A DNA stretch of 63,085 nt, the filler included, from Chrysochromulina tobinii (Eukaryota), in the NCBI GenBank assembly GCA_001275005.1. It is 4 parts of 4 records of this genome, joined end to end, with 100 filler letters (N's around TTAATTAATTAA, not from the genome) between each part and the next. Parts side by side here need not be neighbours in the genome. Positions count along the whole stretch, not along the records: positions 1 to 16,745 come from JWZX01000679.1; positions 16,846 to 31,567 come from JWZX01000680.1; 2 more parts are not named here. One strand, given 5' to 3'. Under the pieces are notes generated by a model that was given only the letters and a program-made list of their open reading frames with translations, did not search any database and had not been told where the DNA came from. Positions 10,901-19,514 of this stretch are shown here, piece by piece. Position 1 is the stretch's first letter. Every line of letters begins with the position of its first letter. The position numbers were made by a program, and so were the translations under genes.

Positions 10901-13795
10901 TGCCACGCATTCACGACGCTGCCCATGCTCTTCGGGGCACGCGGCGGGCACGAGTACGCGATGGGGATGGTCATCGAGCACGTGCTGCTCGCGCTCAAGC
11001 TGCTCCTCGACCTGAGCTTGGCGGACGTGCCAGCGGAAAGGATCGCCGAAACTGCCAAGCAGCGCAAGCTGCTGCGCTACGCCGAGCTCGCGCGCAGCCC
11101 GCTGCCCGCGCCGCCGCGCCTCGCCGCCGACGCCGAGGCGGCGGCGGACGCGGCGCGACAGGCGGAGGAGGAGGCCGAGGAGGACGATGAGCCTGTGGAC
11201 GAGCCGCACAAGGAGGAGAAGCTCTCAGAGCTCGGTCTGCTCCGCTCCTTTATGCCGGGGCCCAATGAGGAGAACGGCGGCGCCGGCGCGCGCGACATTG
11301 CGCGCAAGCTGCAGGAGGCCTCGCAGCCCCTGCCCGACACGCGCGGTGCCTCGCCTGCTGAGGTCGAGCGCATCGCCAAGCAGCAGCGCAAGCAGCTCAA
11401 GCAGCGGCGCAAGCTCGTGCTGCAGCTCGGCTGGACGCCGCGCCGTGCGCTCGCGCGCGCCTCGTCGAGCCTCGGGTTCACCGACGTCATCTGCCTGCTT
11501 CCGATGCTGATGCTCTGGCTCGTCATGATCGCGATCGGCATCCTGGGCGGCCAGTACGGCAATCCCGAGCGCCTCTTTTTCGGCATCGACTACGAGCGCA
11601 ACACGTGCGGCTCGACTAACGCGTACAGCTACCCGCTGCGCTACGACACGACGCGCTCTGAGACCTTCCCGTACGCGATCCGCCTGCCCAATGCACGTTT
11701 CTCAAGCGTCCTCGACGATGCCACGCAGGCGCAGCTCCGGGCGCGCCAGCTGCGCACGGGTGAGCGCAACCTCGCGGGGAGCAAGAACTGGTGGTACAGT
11801 CCGGCGAGCGACTCACACTGGCTGCTCGCGTACGCGGACCCGGCCACGCGCCTTGGCGTGTGCGTAGCCGCGTGCCCTCGGCCTCGGCAGCTCGGCTCTG
11901 AGCAGCTCTGCACCTACGACGCGAGCCCCGTAGCCGTGGGCGGCACTGGCGCCACCGCCAGCGCCTCCAGGCGCTGCTATCCCGCGTACGCGAGCGTCGC
12001 GATGCACGGCTATTGCGTCCCCACCACGCCCGCGCCGCAGGCGGCTTACCACGCGGCAGGCGTCAACATCTCCGCCTCCGAGCTCAACGCCCTTCGCACC
12101 TCGCTTCTCCACGAGGACGGGCGCTACTTTGACGCCATCTTTGGCGATGTGGTCCTCGTGTGGCAACTGCTGCTCGGCTGCCCGATCGTGGCCGCGGTGC
12201 TCGCGTTTGCGTGGGCCTACGGCTCGGTGATCCAGCCCGCGGCCCTCTACGGGCTCGCTGTGCTCATTTGCGTCGTCTCGTCCTCCGGCCTGACCTACGT
12301 CTTCTGGAGCGGAGGCGAGAGGTTTGCGGAGGACGTGGCCGCGAGCGACCTAGGCGCAAGCGCCCAAGACGACGGCCTCTGGATCGGGCGCAATCGCGCA
12401 TGGCTCGAGAACACGGGCTACGTGCTCGTCGCGTGCACCGCCGCCCTGCCCATCGCGAGCGTTCTGCTCGGGCGCTTGTGCCTGCCCTCGTTGCCGCTGC
12501 TACAGGTGGCGGGTCCGCTGCTGCTGGGCACACCGGCCGCGATGGTCGGTCCGGCGCTCTGCGTGATCGCGCAGCTGCTCTTCGCGGCGCTCTGGGTCTG
12601 GGGCGCGGCGTACCTCGCTTCGAGCGGCATGGTCGAGCTCACGCACGCCGAGGGCTACGCGCGCCCCACGTTCGACTCCGGCGTCAAGCTGCTCCTGATC
12701 GTCTGGGCCCTTGGCGGGATCTGGACGTTCGCCTTCATACGCCACCTCGGGCTCCTCGCCGCCGCGGGCCCGCTCGCGCGCGGCTATTGGCTGTCGGCCG
12801 AGCTGCGCGCGCAGCTGCCCGCGCCGCCGCTGTACGTGCGGTTGCTAGGTCCGTGGGTGCGAGTGGGCTCGGCGGCGGTGGGCGCGACGCTCCACTGCTC
12901 GGGCGCAAGCGCTCTCGTCGCCGTGCTGCAGAGCTTCGGCGTCCACCGGCTGGATGCGCTCGATGAGGCTGGGTACGTGAGTGTCGCGCTCTTTGGCACC
13001 GGGTATGTCGAAGGCTCGCGCTGGGCCACGTCGATCACCAGCCGCTTTGTGCCGCGCTTGCTCATGATGCAGGCCCGCTGCGGGCTCTATCTAAGTTTCT
13101 GCAAGCTTGCGTGCGCCATGGGGGCCACGGCGGTCGCCGCGGCCTTTCTAGCTGGCCATGAAGACTATGCCAGGCCGAGCGCGTTCGCGGCGGAGGCGGG
13201 CATCGCCTCCATTGTGATGCCACTCTTTGTCATCTTCGGCTTCACCTTCCAGATCGTGTCGACGGTGCTCTCGCCCGTGCAGCTCATGCTCTCGGCGGCC
13301 GTGCAGAGCTGGTGCCTCGACTACCAGCAGAACGTCGTCGAGCAGCAGCTGGGCGGCGCCACGTGGATGATGGGGGCCAGTGACCCCGAGGGCTCGCTCT
13401 CGCTCTTGATGGAGCTGCACGAGCTGCTCCTCGATGAGCTCGCTCAGGCGGCAAGCGAGCGCGAGCAGCAGCAGAGAGAGCTTGCGCAGCGCGCCGCCGC
13501 CGCCGCGCGCCGCGCCGCGCGCGATGCCGAGGGCATCGTCGCCCCGACTCGGAAGCGCGCGGACCAGAAGGTGGACCCTGGCACCGTTGTGGCTGAGGAG
13601 GTGAATCCCGGCAACGCCGTGGCCCGACCTGCCGCGTCCGCACCAATCTCGATCGAGAAGGACGAGGATGAGGACGAGTACGCGGACGTCGAGCTGACCG
13701 CGGCCGACGGCGGCGACGTTGAGGAGGCGCGTGACCTGAGCGCGGTAATGCCAGTGGAGTCGTCGAACCGGAGGCGGCGCCCGCCGAAGGCGTGA
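7901..13795 (+). CDS. Ankyrin repeat - anoctamin (TMEM16) - choline transporter-like (CTL/SLC44) fusion protein, ~1964 aa
   Basis: Ankyrin repeats (GWTPLHYA, GTTAVHIA, GSTALHLA, GKTPLDLA). Anoctamin motifs FALHD, YNYFGAEYALYFAFL, WQNHRS, EFSEL, NNALEARLD, IVTN, EH..DVP. CTL motifs FTDVICLL, GNPERLFFGIDYERNTCG, VCVAACP, YCVP. One uninterrupted ORF. Confidence 0.88.
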   Translation: MTLLELCAASKWEEVLKLKSFPPEQVHLSTKDEGWTPLHYACIEEQLAVVKRLLKEGADPSSGDSEGTTAVHIAATLPSVAMLRALFEGAAVKVNPDQGDRNGSTALHLAADVVEKDAIAEAAECIAVLLERGASASAKDKSGKTPLDLAKHDEIRDALAGTKLSARVARRLAGKKGGASDDASADAVAGPTTAPASAPSAEPPSTPRGSLKRGSKRTQVGVLNVAGADSSASGGAKAEKAKKADEAAAATETKAGLQRRRRPGTGASAAGGGAGAAAASGSGSPKKERRTRTSGGAAAGAAGGSGVGDASAEAQTSRLEQMLIEELEADDAAGGITFDLALELLPPEHAKDARRRAAASTKKKGGEGAGAEQDPEEAIAYDVASGDATLTRTALLQRVRAPSVGLETRLVWHPTAENVAFLLVGASLPRLAREAERIDWPMQLRPGLEERLHLEREQQHGGQDEAAAEAVAAELEALEALDGRDTAYAPYRRRVHRLYQLGAPPHVFACAARAHILTSILEAPQAVGGAELSLSTLERSRVVQQVFALHDMRERRALEERWSASASLGLAPAPLTELYNYFGAEYALYFAFLRRFSQWLWAPAALGLVLFVFNETEYAGQESVWQALYCLLIVLWASAFLQHWTRTQAGLCHQWAINDGHGPHAAASDPTATAGEAPAAEREEFVAANHAVGFYTSNDDFVALDAEVVPDGVPLPLVGVFGRRERLRRLMLSWAVLVAFVAAAVCAQLGLLLGRSLLITRGPSAWWSGQILGSLFTAVVVELFDAVLRPLVDALLAWQNHRSAARHEVHFAQQLFFAAFCNRFFSPLYLTLLKPLSLHYLFHSADTPGAVLEVCYDRDGSPSDSCAEELTTLVGALVIVNCVVQNGIEYASATRALSRLQRTPGGRVTHEASMGSAQSAGGEFSELIMSYAMVALFGGAFLPAAAFALINNALEARLDSHAFLRCQQRPRMQLSHLMATWRPVLQLISLLAIVTNTVLVCHAFTTLPMLFGARGGHEYAMGMVIEHVLLALKLLLDLSLADVPAERIAETAKQRKLLRYAELARSPLPAPPRLAADAEAAADAARQAEEEAEEDDEPVDEPHKEEKLSELGLLRSFMPGPNEENGGAGARDIARKLQEASQPLPDTRGASPAEVERIAKQQRKQLKQRRKLVLQLGWTPRRALARASSSLGFTDVICLLPMLMLWLVMIAIGILGGQYGNPERLFFGIDYERNTCGSTNAYSYPLRYDTTRSETFPYAIRLPNARFSSVLDDATQAQLRARQLRTGERNLAGSKNWWYSPASDSHWLLAYADPATRLGVCVAACPRPRQLGSEQLCTYDASPVAVGGTGATASASRRCYPAYASVAMHGYCVPTTPAPQAAYHAAGVNISASELNALRTSLLHEDGRYFDAIFGDVVLVWQLLLGCPIVAAVLAFAWAYGSVIQPAALYGLAVLICVVSSSGLTYVFWSGGERFAEDVAASDLGASAQDDGLWIGRNRAWLENTGYVLVACTAALPIASVLLGRLCLPSLPLLQVAGPLLLGTPAAMVGPALCVIAQLLFAALWVWGAAYLASSGMVELTHAEGYARPTFDSGVKLLLIVWALGGIWTFAFIRHLGLLAAAGPLARGYWLSAELRAQLPAPPLYVRLLGPWVRVGSAAVGATLHCSGASALVAVLQSFGVHRLDALDEAGYVSVALFGTGYVEGSRWATSITSRFVPRLLMMQARCGLYLSFCKLACAMGATAVAAAFLAGHEDYARPSAFAAEAGIASIVMPLFVIFGFTFQIVSTVLSPVQLMLSAAVQSWCLDYQQNVVEQQLGGATWMMGASDPEGSLSLLMELHELLLDELAQAASEREQQQRELAQRAAAAARRAARDAEGIVAPTRKRADQKVDPGTVVAEEVNPGNAVARPAASAPISIEKDEDEDEYADVELTAADGGDVEEARDLSAVMPVESSNRRRRPPKA

Positions 13796-14088
13796 GAAGT
13801 CAGAAGTCGTATCGTACACCGCTGATCGGCATATGATCGGCATTGCTGTCAGACTAGATGAGAGAACGCGCCCCCTTCGCCTACTTCCTTGTGTCACCTC
13901 CACACGTCATCGCGCATCGGTCATGACGTGGCCCCCACATGCAACGAGCAACCGTGCCAGGAACCGTGCCACGCCGCACCGGCCCATTCGTGCCGTCGAG
14001 TATCATTGTTTCAGACGGTCGAGAGTGTCAGTGTGCTTCTGTAATCCCGGTAATGCGTAATCGCGAAAAATATCACAGGACCCCCTGC

Positions 14089-14241
14089 TTGACCCAAGGG
14101 GGAGTGGTCTACTATTTTTCATGTTTATAAGGCCCTAACCCCACACCTGTTTGGGAACTGAATGGTTGACCCAAGGGGGAGTGGTCTACTATTTTTCATG
14201 TTTATAAGGCCCTAACCCCACACCTGTTTGGGAACTGAATG
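14089..14241. repeat. Tandem duplication, 2 x 77 bp, relatively AT-rich
   Basis: TTGACCCAAGGGGGAGTGGTCTACTATTTTTCATGTTTATAAGGCCCTAACCCCACACCTGTTTGGGAACTGAATG starts at 14089 and again at 14166. Confidence 0.95.
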
Positions 14242-14701
14242 CCTCTCACCCCAATCCGGAATCACAAGAGTGGACGACCCCTAGATACCTCCTGCCGGAT
14301 ATCCGCGCATCGATATGCGACACCAATGCCATCGTCCAGCAAAAGTGGTCGAGGTGCTGCTCAACCTCAAGTGACTGCTCAAGCACAGCCCTTCGCCCGC
14401 GGTGCACCTCGAGGTGCTCGGCCGCCGATGGCTCGCGCTCGCTCGCAACGAATCCGTGTCCAACCTCACGAGCACCCTCTTGGGAGACCGAGCCGATCGA
14501 CGATCATCATTCATCAACAAGATAGTAACAAGATTGATGGTGAGCTGCTCCCGGCAGGCTGCGCCGACGGGTTGCGCGACGACCTTGCACGCCTTTTCGG
14601 GGCTTGTGGGTGTGTTTCTGTTCGAGAGGGCCCTGAAACGAACGTACCGGTACGAACGAAGTTACGGCGGGAAATGATTTAGTTTTGTGAGCGAGAATTC
14701 T

Positions 14702-16099
14702 ATGTCTCTAATCTGCGATGTTGCGGAGCAGACTAGCTCGACTCCGTGCGTATTCCAACGCAGTTTTGGTTGCCGCGTCGGAGATGACGGAGTACGACAA
14801 CTGTGGATCCGCCATGGATGTGGTGGAACATTTGACTGTGATGGGAAACGCGTGGTTTGTACAAGACCGAGAGCCCTTCCGAGAGCTGATGAGTTGCATC
14901 ATTGTTCATGCGAACGCTCGTTCCTAGACACGCTTCCGGGCGGGGTTTGCGTCCGTGGAGGGCATACGCTCAGCAGCTCAGTAGCATTCTGGCATTTTAT
15001 CCACGGGCACTTGCTGCCAACGTTCGAGCTGATATCCACGCAAGGGCATTACCGGCCAGATCTGCAGTTGGTATTCGAGCAAAAGATATTCAACACATGG
15101 AGTAGACGATATATGGACTTCTACCGTGCCCTCTTCGATCTACCTGTTCAAATTGGCACACGTTGCAGTGGCACGCCGAGTCATTGGCTTGTAAAACCTT
15201 ATCCACGGTTTGACATGACGATCATGCGAGGTGACAATATTAAGAACATTGAAGAGTTCAAGCATGCGGACAACAGCTCGATTGCTGCCATGTGTGAGCA
15301 CATTCCGTCATTGCATATGGTCGCCGCTGCACGTCGCTATGCCCGGCCTCGCACCCAGAGGCTGTTGCAGATCGTGTTTGTACATCGCAACGCCACCGCC
15401 GAGTCGACACCTGAGGGGACGGTCCGAGGCATCGAGAACGTGGAGGAGGTAGTCGCTGATTTGAAGAGCTTGGCGCGAGGACGAGGAGCGATCCTCAAGC
15501 AGGTGGTCTTGGAGCGCTTGCCACCGCTCGCGCAGGTCGACTTGCTCCTGGAGACCGACGTGCTCATCTCGTACCACGGCTCGGGCCTCGGCGGTGGTCA
15601 CGTATGGATGCCTCCCGGGGGAGTCGTCGTCGAGATCATGCCACATAAGTTTGACTACTGCGTCGTGGCTACCTGTGTGGCACACTCTGGCAAAGCCCAC
15701 TTAATGGTGACCACGGCAGCCACACGGCTGGCAAGGAGGTGGAAGCCTGGGGGATGGTATGCCAAGGTTGGGGGGCCGCCTGGTCTCCGCAAGGTCCACT
15801 TGCCGTCGACCTTGCACACCATGCTCAGCCTTGCTCTTGCGGTTCCAAAGGAGATCACACCGCGCGAGGCCATACAAACTGCGGCTGCGCACCTGTGCAC
15901 GGAATCTGTCGGCAGAGGGCGCAAGGATTCTATTGGCGAGACGTGTAGACTCGCTTGCCAAGGCAAAAGCCTTCAAGTCTGGGAGAAGAAAACTGGGACT
16001 CGACGAGCCGCCCGCCCAGAGACCTACGATCGAGACTTACTACGTGCGAACCAACACAACTATAACACAACGTACATCAATGTAACAACGATATCGTAG
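14702..16099 (+). CDS. Glycosyltransferase family 61-like protein with an N-terminal Cys-rich module
   Basis: FWHFIHGHLLP, R.I.N..EV, QVDLLLETDVLISYHGSGL...WMPPGGVVVEI are typical of GT61; N-terminal C..QRSFGC...LWIRHGCGGTFDC. The true start may lie upstream. Confidence 0.75.
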   Translation: MSLICDVAEQTSSTPCVFQRSFGCRVGDDGVRQLWIRHGCGGTFDCDGKRVVCTRPRALPRADELHHCSCERSFLDTLPGGVCVRGGHTLSSSVAFWHFIHGHLLPTFELISTQGHYRPDLQLVFEQKIFNTWSRRYMDFYRALFDLPVQIGTRCSGTPSHWLVKPYPRFDMTIMRGDNIKNIEEFKHADNSSIAAMCEHIPSLHMVAAARRYARPRTQRLLQIVFVHRNATAESTPEGTVRGIENVEEVVADLKSLARGRGAILKQVVLERLPPLAQVDLLLETDVLISYHGSGLGGGHVWMPPGGVVVEIMPHKFDYCVVATCVAHSGKAHLMVTTAATRLARRWKPGGWYAKVGGPPGLRKVHLPSTLHTMLSLALAVPKEITPREAIQTAAAHLCTESVGRGRKDSIGETCRLACQGKSLQVWEKKTGTRRAARPETYDRDLLRANQHNYNTTYINVTTIS

Positions 16100-16745
16100 T
16101 ACAAGTACGTATTACTGTCACAGTCGAGACAGTGATCAGTGTGTACGACTGATAGCGATCTGGGTCGTCGAGAGAATGATCATGACCCGGGACGTCGCAC
16201 GGGTAGTAAACCCTTGAGTTCATCGCGCATCTCGATGCTTCAACCGCCGACACCGACGGGGGGTGCGAGGTGGAGGTCGCAATTGAGGGGTCGGGGACCG
16301 GACGACCGGTGGAATCGCGTCGGACCGACCACAGCGAGGTCTTCGATCAACACGGGATTGCGAAAACGGCTTTTAACAGTGCACTCGGCTTTAGCTCGAC
16401 GAGGCGGCCCCCTGGTACGCGAGGTGCGATTGAGTGACGAGGCGTGCGATTTTCGGCGATCGGCACACCCTGACACACTCGGCTACGGCTCGACCATCCT
16501 GGGCTCGCCCGAGGCGAGCGGACGGCTCACCCGAGGCGAGCGGGCTGCTCATAGGGCCCATGGGTGAAGGGTATGGGCAAGTGCGGCACCTATAGTACCG
16601 TAGTAACGGTAAAAGTTGGATTCGCGCTTGACTTGACTTGACTTTACACTGCTTCTCGCATAGAGGGTCTTTTCACACCTCCGCCCAGGGTGGCCTCCAG
16701 GGTGTTGCCCTATGCTCCCACGCGGTCCCCCCCACCCCACTAGGT

Positions 16746-16845
16746 NNNNNNNNNNNNNNNNNNNNNNNNNNNNNNNNNNNNNNNNNNNNTTAATTAATTA
16801 ANNNNNNNNNNNNNNNNNNNNNNNNNNNNNNNNNNNNNNNNNNNN
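16746..16845. other. Artificial contig linker
   Basis: 44 N + TTAATTAATTAA (stops in all six frames) + 44 N. Confidence 0.99.
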
Positions 16846-17937
16846 GGTGGCGGCGGCGGTGGCGGCGAGGCTCATGCACGCCGCGACGAGCGCCGCGCGC
16901 CGCGGACAGTTCCGTGAATGGCCGCCCATCGCGTTCGCACGCACGCTCTCGTACCTGTGGGGAAGTGGAGGGGGCGTCGTGGTGAGCACTTGCATGCACG
17001 AGGGGGAGACGCCCCCATCGCGTTCGCACGCACGCTCTCGTACCCGCACTCGTACTTGCACCTCCACACGAGCTCTGGGCCGGTGGGGCTGGTAGTACCG
17101 GTGGTAGTCGAGGCAGGGGGTTGGCGGGGCGGCGGGGCAGCCGACGCATGGGCCGGCGCGCCATCGTGGGCGCCCCTCGAGTCGGATGGGGCGCCGTCGT
17201 GGGCGCCGTCTGAGTCGGTCCAGGCGCCATCGTGGGCGCCCCTCGAGTCGGATGGGGCGCCGTCGTGGGCGCCGTCTGAGTCGGTCCAGGCGCCATCGTG
17301 GGCGCCCCTCGAGTCGGATGGGGCGCCGTCGTGGGCGCCGTCTGAGTCGGTCCAGGCGCAGATCGAGGCGCCGATCGAGGCACCGATGGACGCCAAGGTC
17401 GAGCGATCGAGCGCGCTGTGGTGAGCGCATGACGCGCTGTGATGAGCGGGTGGAGCGCTGTGGTGAGCGGATGGCGCTGCCCATGGTGCGCAGCGCGGCA
17501 GCATGTCCGACAGGCCGATCGCATTCACACCCGGAGCATTCACACCCGGCAGCATGTCCGACAGGCCGATCGCCGCTGCGACGGCGGACACTTCAGTGCA
17601 CTCCATCCCGATCGCCCAGGACGCGTCGTCGTGAGCGTCGCTCCTCCCCGTGTCGACGCTCACGACGACGCTGTCGTCCGCCGCGCCTGCCACTGCGCCT
17701 GCCGCGGCGCTCGCAGCGGCGCCTCCCATCACGGCCTCTCGACGCGCCGCAATGGCGGCCTGCAGCAGCTGCGCCGGCGGGATTGCATGCGATGTGCCCC
17801 GGAGCCGGCGCTCGCCTATTGCCAAATCGGGGATCCTATGAAGCCCTCGGTGCTTGTCGGGCAGGGTGCACCCGAATGTGCCGCATGCATCATCGCCGGG
17901 CCGCTTGATCTGCCTCTGCTGCTGCGGCCGAGGGCAT

Positions 17938-17968
<31 letters not shown>

Positions 17969-18536
17969 GTGAGGGCGGTGGCGGATGCAGCGGTGCCCGA
18001 GACGGCGCCGTCTCGTCCGCTGTGGCAGATGCCTTCATCTGCCACAGCGCCCGCCCTCGCCCTCGCCCTCGGTCTCGGCCTCGGCCTCGGCCACAATCTC
18101 GGCCATAATCTCGGCCTCGGCCTCGGCCATGGGGCCCCGGCTTCGGTTTCGGCTTGGGCGGTCCCACCGCAGCTGCAACGGTGCATGCGGCCGTGCATGC
18201 ATCCGGCATGTGCTCTTTCCATATTAGGACCTGCTCGCTGTGGAAGAGGCACGTGGTGTGGTCGTGTGGGAAATAAAGCTCCGTGAGCTCTCGGCGCCCC
18301 TGCCAGCTCGAACCGACGATGCGCGCGTCCCAGCTGTCCAGCGAACCTGATGAGGGCGCAATCAGTCAGACGCACTCAGGTGGCAATCAGAGGCCATCCG
18401 AGAACAGACGAGGCTTGTCCCAGCGCTCAGGTGTGAAGAGCGAACCTGGTGTGAAGAGGTGCGCGGGCACCCGTAGCCACGCGCCGATAGGCAGTCTATC
18501 CGCTGAGATGCCGCTGCTGCCGCCCTCGCAACACCC

Positions 18537-18576
<40 letters not shown>

Positions 18577-19304
18577 ATTCCAGAGCCGTCAGGCGCTACC
18601 CTGTCGTACTCGCCCTCGCTCGCCTGCGCGGCGACCCAGGGGTGAGCTGCGAAGCCGCGGTACTCCAAATCTTCGAGCGGCGCATGGCGCCTCGCATACG
18701 TCTCGTCGTCGCTCCCGTCCTCGCTCCCGTCCGCCTCGCCGTCCGCCTCCCCGTCCGCCTCTCCGTCCGCCTCGTCGGCCTGGTCCTCCTGCTGCTCGTC
18801 GCCCTCGCCTGCGCTGGTGCCGGCGCACGTTGACAACGGTGCAGGGAGGACGCGAAACGACGCGCGTGGCATCGCATCCGGCTTGATCGCTTGATCCATC
18901 GGCGGAAGCCGAAGCGCTGCAGCCCGGCAGATGGCAGCCGGGGAGATGACCGTGCCGTTGATGGACCACGCTTCGTCTTCGTCCGGCGCGACGCCGGCAT
19001 CTTGATCGCCCTGGGCAGTGGCAGCAGCTGGTCGATGCATCGCAACCCAAGCGTCCGCAGCCTCGATGGCGTCATGCCATGCCTGCCCTTGTCCACGCGC
19101 GGACATTGGGAGCGTCGGGAGATCTGCGTACGGCCGCAGCCTGCTCAGGCTGCACAGGCCTCGCTTGCTGTCGCCGAAGAAGAGGAGGGACGCGGTGGCG
19201 GTGTCGATGAACTGCACTATCGCAGGGTACCAAAGTCGCTTGCCGAGCCGGGCGAGCACGACGTCGCCGCGGACCAAACTGACACCATGGACAGGAGACA
19301 GCAT
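16846..19304 (-). CDS. PWWP-domain chromatin protein with Cys/His motifs (multi-exon, 3' truncated at contig end)
   Basis: GDVVLARLGKRLWYPAIV...LLFFGD...LRPY..WHDAIEAA (PWWP). Intron 18347-18445 joins it to the 16872..18209 frame. Intron 16955-17043 restores CKYECGYESVRANAMGGHSRNC. More introns are possible in 17160-17580. Confidence 0.72.
17157..17358. repeat. 66-bp tandem repeat x3 inside the PWWP gene
   Basis: Unit encodes TDSDGAHDGAPSDSRGAHDGAW on the minus strand. Confidence 0.9.
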
Positions 19305-19514
19305 GATCCGAAAGCAGGACCCCCACGCCTTGTGCGCCAGTTCGCTTCCACAGACGGCGGACGAAAAGCGGGGAGGAGGTTCTGGGCGTCGCTTTGGGAG
19401 GGGATGTTGCGATTAACGGCGCGGGAATCACGGAAAGTGTGAAATTCCACCCAGATTGACCCGAGACTTGTGGTGCGCTGCTTTTCTGCGGCAATTCCCA
19501 AGTGGCTTGACAAG

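Noticed and set aside
14202..14221. CCCTAACCC as a telomere
   Set aside because: Only about 1.5 units per copy and not an array, so insufficient for a telomeric call.
16746..16845. TTAATTAATTAA palindromes within N runs (also 31568-31667 and 50711-50810)
   Set aside because: Identical 100-nt artificial joiners, not biological. ORFs ending in XXX-LIN are artefacts.
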